The notes beneath the pieces were generated by a model that worked only from the letters and a program-made list of their open reading frames with translations, was not told where the DNA came from and did not search any database. A stretch of DNA of 63,121 nucleotides, the filler included, from Octopus bimaculoides (taxonomy: Eukaryota): assembly GCF_001194135.2 (NCBI RefSeq). It is 5 parts of 5 records of this genome, joined end to end, with 100 filler letters (N's around TTAATTAATTAA, not from the genome) between each part and the next. Parts side by side here need not be neighbours in the genome. Positions count along the whole stretch, not along the records: positions 1 to 15,660 come from NC_068993.1; 4 more parts are not named here. The stretch is one strand, 5' to 3'. Both the position numbers and the translations under genes were made by a program. Of this stretch, positions 1-14,962 are shown in pieces (position 1 is the first letter of the stretch; each line of letters begins with the position of its first letter).

Positions 1-64
<64 letters not shown>

Positions 65-435
65 TATATACTTACATACATAAATATATCTATATATACA
101 CATATATCTATAGATATACACATATATCTATATATAAACATACACACACATATATGCATATATATACATACAAAGGTATACAGCAACACACAGATATAAA
201 CACATATGATTATGATTATCTTTCTCTCTCCCTCTCTCTCTCCCTCTCTCTCTCTCACCTCTCTCTATTCCTCTCTGTCTCCCCTCCCCCTCTCCACCCT
301 CTCTCTCTCTCTATATATATATATATACATAGTTTCATACATATTTGCATGTACATACGTATGTTTGCATGTATCTATATTTGAACTGTGAGTATGCATC
401 TATGTGTGTGTGTATGTTTGCGTGTGTCTGTCTAC

Positions 436-500
<65 letters not shown>

Positions 501-2464
501 CACCTGTCTACCTCCATATTTGTATATATAAATATATATTAATTCACACACACGTACATCCATATAAATTTAAGCAAGTGTTAAGCTATAAACACTATAT
601 GCCTTAACCTCCTGAATATATCGCGCACGTTGCATTTCAAAAGCACCAACCTCTCCATGACCCGCCATACCAAGGTTTTAATGGATATTTTAAAAAGAGT
701 GAACGATGATATTTTATTTTCAATGAATATTTCCTTCATCTATGGGGTTCGCCTCAATTTTGCAATGGGTGAATGGATACAGAATTTCCTCTCTGTAACT
801 TTCAAATTTATACGAAGTGATAACATTGAGGGTTCAAATCCCATCCAGGCGATGCATTATGCTTTTGAGCAGCGCACTACTTTCCACATTGTTCTGGTCT
901 ATTCACCTGAAAATGAGTATCATCCGATTATTGGTGCAACTGTGTCTCCTTCTGATTGTCACACCTTGGCTTAGAATGTGCCACGGTTTAAAACTGTCGG
1001 AGTATCGAGAGTGTCTCTATATCGGCTCGTGACAACACCGGCCCCTGCAATAATTTGCAGTATATGCTATCACGTGTTACTCTTTCGTGGGTGACGGCTG
1101 ACTCTTTTTATTTACTAAGGCACAAAGGACGAAAGAAAAATAAAATAAAATTGACGATGCCGAAATTTGATCTCACAACGCAAAATTACATATTGTGGTA
1201 CTACAAAGTACTTTTGCCCGGCAATCTACTAATTAGGCTATTAAACAGAGTTTTATTGGGATATTGAAAGCTAAGCCTAAAAACCTTTTGAATCTGTTTA
1301 CTTAAAAAATGTGTGTAAACATAATGATGTTTGATGTGTTATATTGTAATTTAGTTCTATAAGGGAACAAAATGAAAGAATATTTGAAGAAGAATAGTTT
1401 CTGATATAGGCAAGGGATTTATTATTCTATAAACATAAAAACGCCACGCCTACACCTACACATGCAAAAACGCATCCGCACACATTAACACTCACGCAGA
1501 TGTATTTTTTCTTTTGCCTAATGTTTTACACTTTGATGCTCCATCAATAATTTTGTACCAGTAGGTCATCATTATTGTTGCACTTTCCCCCCGAGGGCCA
1601 GTTACCTATTTTCGATAGCTAGATGAACTATACATATATATTTAAAAAAAAAGCATTTCAATACAGCCCTGGAAATTAACAGAAACCAGTCAAGCGTTAA
1701 TACATAGCTAAGTAGCTCACGTTAGCTAGCTGAGGATCAATGCTAGATTATTTTCGAATTGCGAGAATCATTCGGAGATTCTGTACATGGATGAATTTTC
1801 TTTGTTTTAGAGTAAACACGTAAATGCTGAGGTTACTTCGCTACTCCGTCTCCGGATTCAGGAATCGGTGTTTTATCAGGTGGTGAAGCAACTCATAGAT
1901 GTTTCAGTTCCTACCACCATTCCTTTCACCAGAGCTGCCCAGGGTTAGCCACCAATGTAGGAGAGAAACTCTCGCACGACAACAAGTTTTTTGAGTCAGA
2001 TTTTGTCACTCTGTGCCAGATGTTTCTATCCTCCCCAGTGCTCAATATTGGTGTACTACCACTCGTTCTCTCAAATCATGGGACCATAGTTTTTGAGGTT
2101 TTAGTCAGGACTGAGGGCAATGCTCATGATCCATAACAGTGCCTACGAAACTGGTGGAAAGAAAGGATAGAGGAAGGGATTTTTCTTCAACTGATATTTT
2201 TGGCCTGAATATTAGCAATAGAGGGGACTCCACTAAAGGTACCCAACGTGCCAGACGATGATGAGAATGAAAACGAAAATGGATACGCGTTAATTTTTTT
2301 CTCCCCCAAGTGGGCCATAGTGGTATTTGAGTTCAGAAGGCAAAAATCCGTAATAAGTACTGAAAAGTATCAAGTCAAATGTTTTCAACTGTTCCACCAA
2401 TCTGCCACCCTGCGGTGGTACTTTTTTCCGATTGACTCCTACAGAATGAAAGGTTCAGTATATG

Positions 2465-2538
<74 letters not shown>

Positions 2539-4350
2539 CGTATAGATGCAGGCACATAATCAATATATATATATATGTGTGTGTACATCTGTCTGTCTGT
2601 CTGTCTGTCTGTTTCTGTCTCTCTCTCTCCATCTCTCTCTCTCAATCTGTCTATAGATTTATATAAACATGTATGCGTGTACATTTACATATAAGCGGAC
2701 ATTTACATATAAGCGGACATTTTATACTGAATGTATATACCTGTATGTAGATAATTTTTCTGAATTTTCAGATTTTTCTTTTGTCTAGGCCACTGGTTTT
2801 AAATTGGTGTTAATTAAATTAATATCCAATTTATCACCCTTATTATTTAAATTTTATATATATATATATATNNNNNNNNNNNNNNNNNNNNNNNNNNNNN
2901 NNNNNNNNNNNNNNNNNNNNNNNNNNNNNNNNNNNNNNNNNNNNNNNNNNNNNNNNNNNNNNNNNNNNNNNNNNNNNNNNNNNNNNNNNNNNNNNNNNNN
3001 NNNNNNNNNNNNNNNNNNNNNNNNNNNNNNNNNNNNNNNNNNNNNNNNNNNNNNNNNNNNNNNNNNNNNNNNNNNNNNNNNNNNNNNNNNNNNNNNNNNN
3101 NNNNNNNNNNNNNNNNNNNNNNNNNNNNNNNNNNNNNNNNNNNNNNNNNNNNNNNNNNNNNNNNNNNNNNNNNNNNNNNNNNNNNNNNNNNNNNNNNNNN
3201 NNNNNNNNNNNNNNNNNNNNNNNNNNNNNNNNNNNNNNNNNNNNNNNNNNNNNNNNNNNNNNNNNNNNNNNNNNNNNNNNNNNNNNNNNNNNNNNNNNNN
3301 NNNNNNNNNNNNNNNNNNNNNNNNNNNNTACGAATGAGTTACAAAATAAATGATTCACTTAACCTTCAGAATTCTCAGAAGATCGAAATTGAAACGAAAA
3401 ACAAAAAGAAATACTTTATTCTGCCATTTTTTTATTCATTTGTTTTAACAAATCATCTGACAACAAATTTGTTTTCGAAAATGAAAGAATAATATTGATT
3501 TTTTTTAACAGTGGCACAAGGCAAGAATTTTTTTTGTCTAAGAAGGACATAGACGATTAAATCTAAGGAAATTCATAAGCGAAGAACTTTCGAGGATAGA
3601 AACTTTCTTAAATCGATGGAGTCAACCCTTCTGTATGACTGGTACATTATTTTACAGACACTTGAAAGATAAACGTTCAAGTTGACTTCAGGGAAATTTG
3701 AACTCAAGAATTACAAATTCGCAACTGTATAACGAACCGTTATTTTTTGTGATAATCCACAAATGAATAGATAAAATTGTTTCTGAAAATTAACAGAAAG
3801 TTTTCGTAGTTCAAATCGACTCCAGTACCTCAATAGTTACTAATAGTTTACTTTATCGATCCCGAGCGAAAAAGAAAAAAAACAAGGCAAAATTGATTTC
3901 GACAACATTTGAAAAAGCAGAGTTAAAAGTTATAAATTAAATGTCGCAAGAACATTTTTGGTCAATGCTCAAATAATTATGGGAGTCCTGGTAGTATGCA
4001 GCGGTTCTTATTTTCGTTGTGGTTTAATCCGGAGACAAAATAATTTCAGGGTGTGATTATCCGATATTTGGTAATGTGCCATTTCCCTTCAAAAACGCTA
4101 CGTGTCGTTTAATGTAACTTTGGCTACTATTTCCAGCAGTGCGTTGGTCCATGTATGTGTGTATGTATGTGTGCGTTTTTTTTTCTTTTACACGTGTGTA
4201 TGTGTGTGTTTGTGTATATTCATGTGTGTGTTTAGCTGTGGTGTTTGCACCAATGTCTGTACTCGTTTAGCAAGTCTTTGATCAAAAGCGTTAGCGCCAA
4301 TACCGTTCAGTCAATCATTTTTCGGCAACAATATGTAATTAAGATAAAGA

Positions 4351-4389
<39 letters not shown>

Positions 4390-5644
4390 ATATACATGAT
4401 TATATACATACACATATGCATATTCCAACATCTGTGTATACTTACATTTATATATATATATATATATGTGCGTTTGTGTATTTATGTGTGTGTGTGTCTA
4501 TGGATGTATGTATCTTTTACCTGTTTTAGTCATTGGACTGCAGCCATGCTGGGGCACCGCCTTATCGACCAAACATGATCAAAGACTATTCATTCCTGAG
4601 TACTACATTATTACCTTTTACCACAATATGCACCACGGTATCCTATACGTGTATGTCATTCTATTTTAAAGAATTTAGTGAGTTATTTGAGGAAGACTTA
4701 GAAGTTATTTCTAGTGCATCAAGTAACCATAATGTTCTAAACACTGACTTGTCTGAGAGTACCTTGAATGTATCGGGATCGATCAATTTCCGATTAACAA
4801 TTGAAAGATTGATGATCGTTATCCTCCACTGGTCAGGCTCAATTTGTTGGACGTTGTTACCTATTCGTTCTAGCTGTCCAAAGCTTTAATGTTTTGATTA
4901 AATAGCTTAGCGATTTTTTTAAAATTCCGGCTCCGAGGATTTTTTTCCGGTTTTGAGTTGATATACCACCGAGTACAACTTCGCTTTTCACCCTTTGGGG
5001 GACAATACAATGAGGTCCTATCAAGCACACTGATCGATGTACTTGGCTACCCTTCTCTTGCTCTAAAAACTGCAAGCCGTTTATCAAAATTAGAAAGACT
5101 TATAACTCGCTTAAGAGACTGAGTTGTGTTTGGTGCAGTTCATTAAACATATGACCATTACCTGTTATAAACGTCAGTTAACAATTCTAATTTTCCTCCA
5201 TTTCCATTGCATTTATCTGAGATGTATTATTGTAATGTATTATGTCCACTAGTGTTTGAGCGTGTTGGTGCATGATCTAGTTATTAAGGGCGTTGGACTG
5301 ATGGTTGTAAGTTTCTTGTTTCGATTCCTGGACAGGGCTTTGCGTTGGTTTTTGACCAAAACATTTCATTTCTCGTTGGCCCAGTCCACTTAACTGACAA
5401 AAATAAGTAATCCAGTGGGGCGTATATACGCCATAGAATCCGGGGAAGCGACCACATGATCCTATGATTCGATAAGAACTTTTGAAACCGCCAATTTTTG
5501 CTGTGTTTTTTACAGTATCGATTTAGCAATATCATTGAACATCGAATAGAATCCATGCGGTTTTTTTCCCGACTCACTGCACTCTGTATATCGAAATTCC
5601 TCTTGGCCTTCTGTCCAAGTTTTATACCAATATTTAGTAAAAAT

Positions 5645-5835
5645 AGGGCAGTATTCTGGCAGAATTGTTACCGATCCGGGCGAAATGCTTAGCGGCATTC
5701 TGAGTTCAAATTCCACTAAGGTCGACTTTACCTTTCATTGTTTCGGGATTTATAATATTAATACCAGGTGAACACTCGGGTTAATGCTATCGATTAGACA
5801 CCTCTCTTAAGTTTTCAGGAATTGTGCTTGAATTA
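5645..5835 (+). mobile_element. SINE family with CTGGCAGAAT(C/T)GTTA...GAAATGCTTAGCGG...TGAGTTCAAATTCC head
   Basis: Related pieces at about 7068-7270, 15105-15215, 16985-17183/17592-17650(-), 26005-26255, 40108-40185, 59140-59400; boundaries approximate. Confidence 0.75.
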
Positions 5836-6266
5836 AAAAAAAAAAATTATTTAGTAAAAATATTTCGAAACAATATTTTTTTTTCATATTAGTTAAAAGA
5901 ATGAATCCAAAAATTAAAAACAAGATAGCCAACAATATTTAATAGTTTTAGAAATAAATGTGAGAAAAAAAATTAATTTCCATAATTTCTTTTTCTTAAT
6001 GATTGATTGACAAAATTTCATTAGTTCTTATTTCTTTAATGGAGCAGACTTTGAAAAATGGATTTACGTAGGAAGGGAGATAATCTAGACAAGGATATAA
6101 ATGTGCTCACGTTTACAAATACACAAATACATACACATATCAAGTAACAAAGGCACACGCATGTACACATATACACACATGCGCACACATATCAAGAGAA
6201 ATTGAGAACCTGACTACAATATTTTTGAAACCAGAGGGCAGATTGTATAATCGACGTAAATCGCTG

Positions 6267-6307
<41 letters not shown>

Positions 6308-6308
6308 C

Positions 6309-6359
<51 letters not shown>

Positions 6360-7300
6360 ATATATGTACACACACGTTTATGTGTAAATGTATATATATG
6401 ACAGCACTTATATGTATGTGTGTATATATATATATAAATATGTATAGTTGTACATAACTCTACACGCATAAACATTACATATGTGTGTGTGTGTATATAT
6501 GTGTTAGTGTAGATAAACAAACACTTATATGTGTATACGTGTGTATTTATTCGTCGATTAAAAACTATTGTTATTCTAAGTTTGCAGTCGACAACAAATA
6601 AACTCCATCAAATGTATGGAGTACTTTTTATACTCATTTGGGCATCCACATATTAAATTGATCCCTTCATTTTATTCTTGAAGCTGAAAACATTTCAACA
6701 CTATTCTCTATATCAAGTATTGAGTATTATTTTTCTTTTTCATAAATTTTACCTATTCAAAGTACCAACTTCTGCCTGCGAGTCTCGGGTCAACCCATAC
6801 CATATGAGTGAAATTGGGTGAACGGAAACTGTTGTGAAGCCCGACGGGCGGATTATCCTTGCAATTAAAACGGTACAACCTTGTCACATTGTGTCGAGCT
6901 GACAGTACCTGAGAATTACGTAAAAAATACAAATGTCTATGGAATAAATGGTGACTTACACGTTAATTTAGGAATTCGTTATTTAGTTGATTGAGCAAGT
7001 GAATCATCATAGTTGCACGACGGAGATCCACTATAATTCAATATACTGATCTGATTAGTACACTTCCTGGCATGGCGAGTAATTGGCAGAGTCGTTATTG
7101 TTCCGAACTGAAAACGTCGTCGAAGGTATTCGAAACTCTGCGGTGTAGTCTGAGTCCCGCTCCAACGAAGTTCGAATTTACCTTATATCCTATCAGGCAA
7201 GTCGATACAAATGTATCAGTTAGAGGGGTAGGTTGACGAAATTTTTAGAAAATTTTAGATTCGGCCCTATGCATTCCGAGTTCAAATGCCACTCGTCACC

Positions 7301-7335
<35 letters not shown>

Positions 7336-7920
7336 CCGGTAACATCTTTATCAGGAGATGCGACTGCAAATTATTACCAATAATATGATAATTGATGGAA
7401 AGACACTAACCTCAGTTCGTTCGGAAGATTGACAGCTCCCACCCCTAGTTCAGTGTAATCAACATGTCTGCTTTGATTAAAAATACACTGTCATGAGGTC
7501 TTGTCAGTTAAGTCTATCTTTATTATTGCCTGGAAACAGAAGTAATAAATCTTGAATGTTAGTTTAAGAAGACATTGTACTTTCCATTGTACAATGCCGC
7601 CTTAACGACTTAATATATCAGCGTAATCTTGCTCAACCCATTCCTTACACCGTTGTATTTTAGGAACCATAATAGATTCGTTAAGTGTGTTATGCTAACA
7701 CTTTTAAGGACTATTGGCGTTTCTTATTGGAAATAACCAATGAAAATCTGTGTTGAAATAAGTGTGGAGCTTTAATGATTGTTCGGAATTTTATACTTGT
7801 TGTCTGAACAACACTCGAAAGCAATGCTTATTGTTGCTGTTGTTGGAGTTTAACCCTAGGACAGCATTATCTGGAAGTAAGCCTGTGAGGAAATATAATA
7901 ATAACGATCTTATTGCAAGC

Positions 7921-8235
7921 AGTGTTCAGGTGCGGTACAATAGTGGTGAGGTGCACTACAAGGGTGTTCAGGTGCGGTGCATCAGTACTCAGGTGCGTTA
8001 CAACAATGCTGAGATGCTGTACAGTAGTGTTCAGGTGCACTATAACAATGCTCAAGTGCTCTACAACAATGCTCAGGTGCATTACAACAGTGCACAGATG
8101 CAGCACAATAATGCTCAGGCGCACTACAACAGTACTCAGATGCAGTACAATAGTGCTCAGATGCAGTACAGTAGTGCTGAGGTGCACTATAAAAGGCCAC
8201 AGGTGCACCAGAACGTTGCTCAGGCGAACTCCTGT
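7921..8235. repeat. 21-bp minisatellite, 15 units, no indels
   Basis: Consensus AGTGCTCAGGTGCACTACAAC, translating as an (S-A-Q-V-H-Y-N) heptad on the + strand. Confidence 0.92.
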
Positions 8236-9091
8236 GCGGTAATTTCTATACCAACGTGACAATTTTTGTCCTCTTCATTTGCTAAAAGTATATCTAGTTT
8301 ATTTTTCTCTCGAGACTGAGGACTCTTAAGACTGTTACAAGCAGATCATTACATAGTTCATAATGTGCTTGCAGTTGCGTTTCTATGGCACATAATTAAT
8401 TGGCCAAATATCTCCAGAATACATACATACATACATAGACGCAGACACACACGCACACGTATACACACATGCATATATATATANNNNNNNNNNNNNNNNN
8501 NNNNNNNNNNNNNNNNNNNNNNNNNNNNNNNNNNNNNNNNNNNNNNNNNNNNNNNNNNNNNNNNNNNNNNNNNNNNNNNNNNNNNNNNNNNNNNNNNNNN
8601 NNNNNNNNNNNNNNNNNNNNNNNNNNNNNNNNNNNNNNATTTATCATATATATCTTTAATCTTTTACTGGTTTCAGCCAGAGGTGGGGGCCTTAATGGAG
8701 CACTTTCTTTCATTGTGTTTCGATTTCTTTTCTATCCCGCTTTCGGTAAACTTGGTAAATAAAACGGATTCACTCTTTCTTGTACCTCCTGCTGTGATGA
8801 GGACATATCATGTCTCTCTCAAAAAATAAAAAATAAATAATTGTCCAGATTATCTTTGAAAATCTCACCATTAACATCTCGCAAGTCTCTGAGGTTGTTG
8901 GACAACTATTCACTATTGAAACCAAAGCTGTTTGAGTACTGGGTCCTTATTCGAGAAGGAAAAAACGGGATCCTTGGTACTATGCTGTATTGTCCAGACT
9001 GGTTGTTGGTATAGCTTTCAATTCCAAATGAATGTACGTATGTATGTATGTATGTATGTATGTATGTATGTATGTATGTGTGTATGAATGA

Positions 9092-9123
<32 letters not shown>

Positions 9124-10603
9124 GTAAAGGGGGCTAGAGAAACCCAAAGCAAGCAAAAACAGGAAGACTCAAAGTGATCACATTCAAAACGTGAAGGCTG
9201 TCTCATTCTGCCGCTGTTTAACTCACTAGCGATGCTCTACGCTTAAATCTATCGATTATATCGACAGGAAAGGGTAAAGCAATATACACTCGCCTCTATA
9301 TTTGTTTCTATTTTATTTTTTTGCTTGTGGTGTACAAATATGTATGTCATAACTCTAGTAAAATATCAGCTTCAAAAGATCTGATTTTCTGATGTTTCAA
9401 AAAAGTAACGTTAAATATTACACGCACCAACACACACACACACACACACGCACACATTGTATACATGTATATGTGTATAGGTGTATATATACACACACAC
9501 ATATATATGCATATATATATATATATATATANNNNNNNNNNNNNNNNNNNNNNNNNNNNNNNNNNNNNNNNNNNNNNNNNNNNNNNNNNNNNNNNNNNNN
9601 NNNNNNNNNNNNNNNNNNNNNNNNNNNNNNNNNNNNNNNNNNNNNNNNNNNNNNNNNNNNNNNNNNNNNNNNNNNNNNNNNNNNNNNNNNNNNNNNNNNN
9701 NNNNNNNNNNNNNNNNNNNNNNNNNNNNNNNNNNNNNNNNNNNNNNNNNNNNNNNNNNNNNNNNNNNNNNNNNNNNNNNNNNNNNNNNNNNNNNNNNNNN
9801 NNNNNNNNNNNNNNNNNNNNNNNNNNNNNNNNNNNNNNNNNNNNNNNNNNNNNNNNNNNNNNNNNNNNNNNNNNNNNNNNNNNNNNNNNNNNNNNNNNNN
9901 NNNNNNNNNNNNNNNNNNNNNNNNNNNNNNNNNNNNNNNNNNNNNNNNNNNNNNNNNNNNNNNNNNNTATATATATATATATATATATATATGCATCCGC
10001 AGTGACGGTTATTAGATATACACTGAACCATAAAATTTATTATAGTTTCTCTCAGTTGGACAGTTTACAACCAATTAGAGTTGTGATAATGATCATGGAC
10101 ATAAATTTTATATATTTTCATTGAAGATCGACGACGTTTGTTCACATAGACGGTGTGAACTTCAATGGATTTAATATACTAATTACTCACGCATGTAAGG
10201 TATGTATACTCCTTAACATATACATGTACACATACACACATACACACGCACACACACACACATATACACGTCTAGATACAGACGTGTAAACGCTTGCTCA
10301 TACACATACGAAGCTGCGTTTATGAATATATATATATATATATATATATATAGGTGTGGTGGTGTTTATTACATACCCAAACAAAGACATACATACATAT
10401 ATAGATATACACAGCTATATACATACGCACAAACACACGCGCTGCTATACACACACGCGCTGCTATACACACACACACACACACACACACACCCACACAT
10501 ATATATATATATATATATTTATGTATGTATGTATATATGTATATATATATGTACACATATATACATAATTCATACATATGTATATATATAATACATACAT
10601 AAT

Positions 10604-10674
<71 letters not shown>

Positions 10675-11022
10675 GCATATACATAGATATGCATATACAT
10701 AAATACATATATACATGTGGCTGTGCGCAGGATAGGAGAGCCAGCTGAAAAGCCTCGTGTTGGCTTTGGAGTAAGCGAGAAGAGTGAATCTGAAAGCCGG
10801 GAGGAGATGAGGAGTAGGGATTTGGACACCTCTGCTGAAGCACCAACGGGAAGGTGTTACGGTTCAGGGCCGAAACACCCGATGAACGTTGGATACCGTC
10901 TGATGACTCCATTTACATTGGTGAAAAGAAAAACTACCTACTTATAGGTGTTATTAACACACACACACATAAGTAAATATATGTCTATGTATATATTTAT
11001 GTACACACACACGCACACTCCC

Positions 11023-11102
11023 TTTAAATACCCGCTGCTAGGCTCCACCAGGTATCCCCAGAAAGTTGTCACGTGACACTGTCTAAACTTTGACTGACCA
11101 AT
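11023..11102 (-). promoter_or_regulatory. Promoter-like motif cluster (CCAAT box, palindromic E-box, TATA-like)
   Basis: CCAAT at 11098-11102, GTCACGTGAC at 11068-11077, minus-strand TATTTAAA at 11023-11030, in canonical order and spacing for leftward transcription. Confidence 0.35.
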
Positions 11103-11179
11103 GGAGGGCGAGTAGTCTTAGCCCACGCATTCTCTAACCGTACCTACCTTCTTCTCCATCTATTTATCTATCTATCTCT

Positions 11180-11400
11180 CTGAAGACGCATGATTGTGGT
11201 TTCAATTCCTGGACCTGACGATGCGTTTTCTTCCTGGGCAAAGCACTTCATCTCGCGTTGCTCCACAGTCCATTCAGGTGGCAAAAATAAGCAACCCTGC
11301 CAGAAACCGGCGTCTGGTCCAGTGGAGGATTTTAGCCACCACAGAATTTGGGAAACTGGCCGTATGAGCCCATGGCTCGGGATGGACATCTGATCCTTTT
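11180..11400 (+). mobile_element. tRNA-derived SINE of the 30064 family
   Basis: GTGGTTTCAATTCCTGGACC...GGCAAAGCACTTCAT...CTCCACAGTCCATTCAG. Related copies at about 810-1020, 5285-5480, 34015-34260, 39020-39480 (all +) and 41930-42050, 42180-42497, 52620-52850 (-). Confidence 0.75.
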
Positions 11401-11426
11401 TTATTATATATAAATGTATGTTTGTA

Positions 11427-11476
<50 letters not shown>

Positions 11477-13181
11477 GCACACACACACATATATAATTAA
11501 AACAAATTTCTACATAAAAAACGAAAGAGATAACAGTTACCAGCACAACTACAACACAAATGACGACTATCTGTTTATTGTTATGGAAATAATGACTTCA
11601 AAGAAGAAGAAGAAGAAGAAGAAGAAGAAGAAGAAGAAGAAGAAGAAGAGGTGAAGGAGTATAAGTAGGAGACAGAAAAGAGAAAGAGGATGGCTAATAC
11701 AAACAAGAAGAAGCAGCGATCAATTCAGCACATAAACAATATCACTGCTAATCTGCGAATAAAATCGACAAAGATTTAATAGTAAACAAAAGTAGCGTTT
11801 AACTTCATTGTTATAAAAATTCCAAAGATCACGCTCCGCAACTTGAAAGAGAGTTGTCATCCTGAAGGCAAACTGACGGAAAATGAAGTGGACACAACCT
11901 GAAGTCTCTTGTTTATTGTGATCGTGTTGTTGTTGTTGTTGTTCTTATTCAGGCCAATGCACGGCATTATAAATTCATTTATTGACCCGAATACACAAAT
12001 TGATTTGATATTACTACGATAGCAATAACGACGGCAGCGACGACAACGACAGAAGCAAGAACGAGTTTGTTTTTCGTTAAGTGTTCTTATCAGTGTTGTT
12101 TGTTATTTGGCAGGCTTCCTGATATATAGCAGATTGTAAATTAAATTGTTATATCTAAATATCCGTAGCAGACGTTGCCTCCTCACACAGAGAATGTTAG
12201 TATAAATATTACTCATTTAATCTTTTCCTTACACGTATGTGTCTATATTTCTCACACTATTCTCTATATGATTAACACTTTCCATCTCTCGTGTGTCGTA
12301 CGCATACATAGAAACGTACCCACACAGGTATATTCCAAGACGTGACTACTATCGTGTACTACGGCCATTTTGTTTGTTCAAGTTGTCACGTATATAAATT
12401 CGAATTTGACGTTGATATAAATTTGCGGCCACTGCAGCCGAATGTTCCAAAATTTGAATCACGTACCACACATTGTAGCTATTGCTAGGTTAAAAAAAAG
12501 TTGTGAAGGAAATTATGTTGGAAAAGGAAACTTTAGAAGCCCTTATGTCAAGTGAAGCTGTAATCCAAGGATGCCACCTTGTTACGTATTGTGTTCAGGT
12601 TATTCGGTATCCGAATCATGTTACAGGGTACACGTGTATGTGAGATACGCAGCTATGTAGAAGGTAATAGAAGACAAATCGTCGAAACATTTTAAAACAT
12701 TAGAATCCCTATCAACAACAAGGTAGACTCTGTTACTGACACAAAGCTGACTTAATCTACAGACATTGTCACAAAAGTGATAGGATAGGAGAGGAAGCGT
12801 TATTCGTTTAATGAGATGTGCATGACACAGTAATTACTGCTGAGTCTACCTATGTCAAAGTGAAATAAATATCATTGAACAATATTTGTCTGAAGCAAAA
12901 GCAAAGGAAACATATCAGAATAGAAATAAAACAGGAGTGAGAAAATGATTTGAAGCGCCAAAGTCGTAGATATCCATTGTTCGTTGCCCTGTTGATGCGA
13001 TTCTCTGCGGTTAAGTTCACGTGAGTTCCTTTTTACATGGATATACCGATTACTCCGAGGCATCATTTTAGCAACATATATTTATCGTTCTATTCTTCGG
13101 ACTACATCGATTTTTCTTACCCTTTCTCCTCTTTTTCCTTTTTTTATCTCACGTATAGACACCCAAGAAGTTATATATAAC

Positions 13182-13260
<79 letters not shown>

Positions 13261-13560
13261 CCTGCCTGCCTGCCTCTTTCTCTCTCTCTATCTATCAGTC
13301 TGCCTGTCTGTCTGTCCGTTTGTTTGTCGGTGTATCTATCATTTTACGTACCTGTGAAATATCTTGAACTTAGTGTGCATATTATTGGCATATTTTAGTG
13401 TGTGTATACCTATATTTGACTAAATATAAATGTTTATGTGTATGTATACAGGTATATTTGCTATTTATGTGTATATATATATATACATGTAGCTATATAC
13501 CTATGAGTTTAAGAGCATTTTTTATGTCTGTGTGCTTACTTGACCATCCATCCATCCATC

Positions 13561-13591
<31 letters not shown>

Positions 13592-13594
13592 CTG

Positions 13595-13658
<64 letters not shown>

Positions 13659-14718
13659 CCTATCTATCTTCTCTATCTATCTTCCAACCAGACAAATTCA
13701 AAGCTTTATCTGACATTTTTATTCAGTATATTCTTTACCTTGTATATTCGTTCAACCCTTCATTCATCCTTTATTACTTCCTCCCTACTTATCCTATCAT
13801 CCCTTCTTCACTTCCCCATCCTTTCACTTACTTTTTGAAAATTTCCTTCCTCCACTCCACACCCAATTCTCTTCTCTAACATATTTCCAGATTTCGTCAG
13901 GATTTTTTTTTCGACTTCCATTTTTCTCTTTCCACTTCCGTCATTATCATACCACTATGTTATTCAAACCTAATCGAAAATGGACCACCCTGACTCTCTT
14001 TGTTTTCCATTTCTATCCTATCCTGATTCGTTTCTTTCCCTATTTTTCATTTATAAAATACAGATTTACTTACTTCCTGTAAGAGTTCCGTTTCGTCTAT
14101 CTTTCACATCTCTCAATATATACCTTCTACGTTTTCCTCCTGCATTTTCTATTATATTATATTATATTACATTATATTATATTATATTTCTAACAACTCG
14201 TTTTATCTCTATGCAACATTCTTAAACTACCTTCCTAAGAAATTTTTCCTTTGCGCAATTCAGATCTCTCCCTTAAATTTGCTCAAACTATCTCATCCAT
14301 TTTCTTCGTCGTTTCAACGTCGAAGTCTTCACAAGTGAAGATTGGATTCCAATTTGCTTGAAGGCATTTTACTGTGACGTTGATATTTGACACTGTTTGA
14401 ATTATGTGCACGGTCATATCGATTTTATCCGTGTGCCAGGTACTTCCTTTTATCAGTATCAAAGCGGTGTTGGACAGCCAGCTACAAAACCGTTATTGTT
14501 ACATCTTGTATATTGCATTAAAATATGCTGGAATGATGGTGATTAGTAAAAATGTAATACTGCAGTAGCATTGTCTGTCTTGTTTGGCCTGACCACGAGC
14601 ATTGTATAGGCAAACATACGTGCTTATATACTTGTGTGTACGTATGTAAGTTTGAGTGTATATGTATGTATGAGGCATATCATCAATATATATATATATG
14701 TGTCTCTGCCTCTCTGTT

Positions 14719-14798
<80 letters not shown>

Positions 14799-14878
14799 CC
14801 TGTCTATCGATTTATGTAGGTATGTATGTGTATGCATTTATATATAAGCAGACACTTTATACTGAATGTATATACCTG

Positions 14879-14962
<84 letters not shown>

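Noticed and set aside
630-974. 114-aa ORF on the + strand
   Set aside because: No ATG start or recognisable domain; its 3' half overlaps a decayed SINE (B box GGTTCAAATCC near 831).
1850-2265. GC-balanced non-repetitive island
   Set aside because: No open frame or motif I can identify; it ends in GATGATGAG like a retroelement tail, so it is probably an unclassified repeat.
10895-10930. CTGATGA followed by CTCC/GGTG as a hammerhead
   Set aside because: Stem II is mismatched, there is no GAAA, and no stems I or III.
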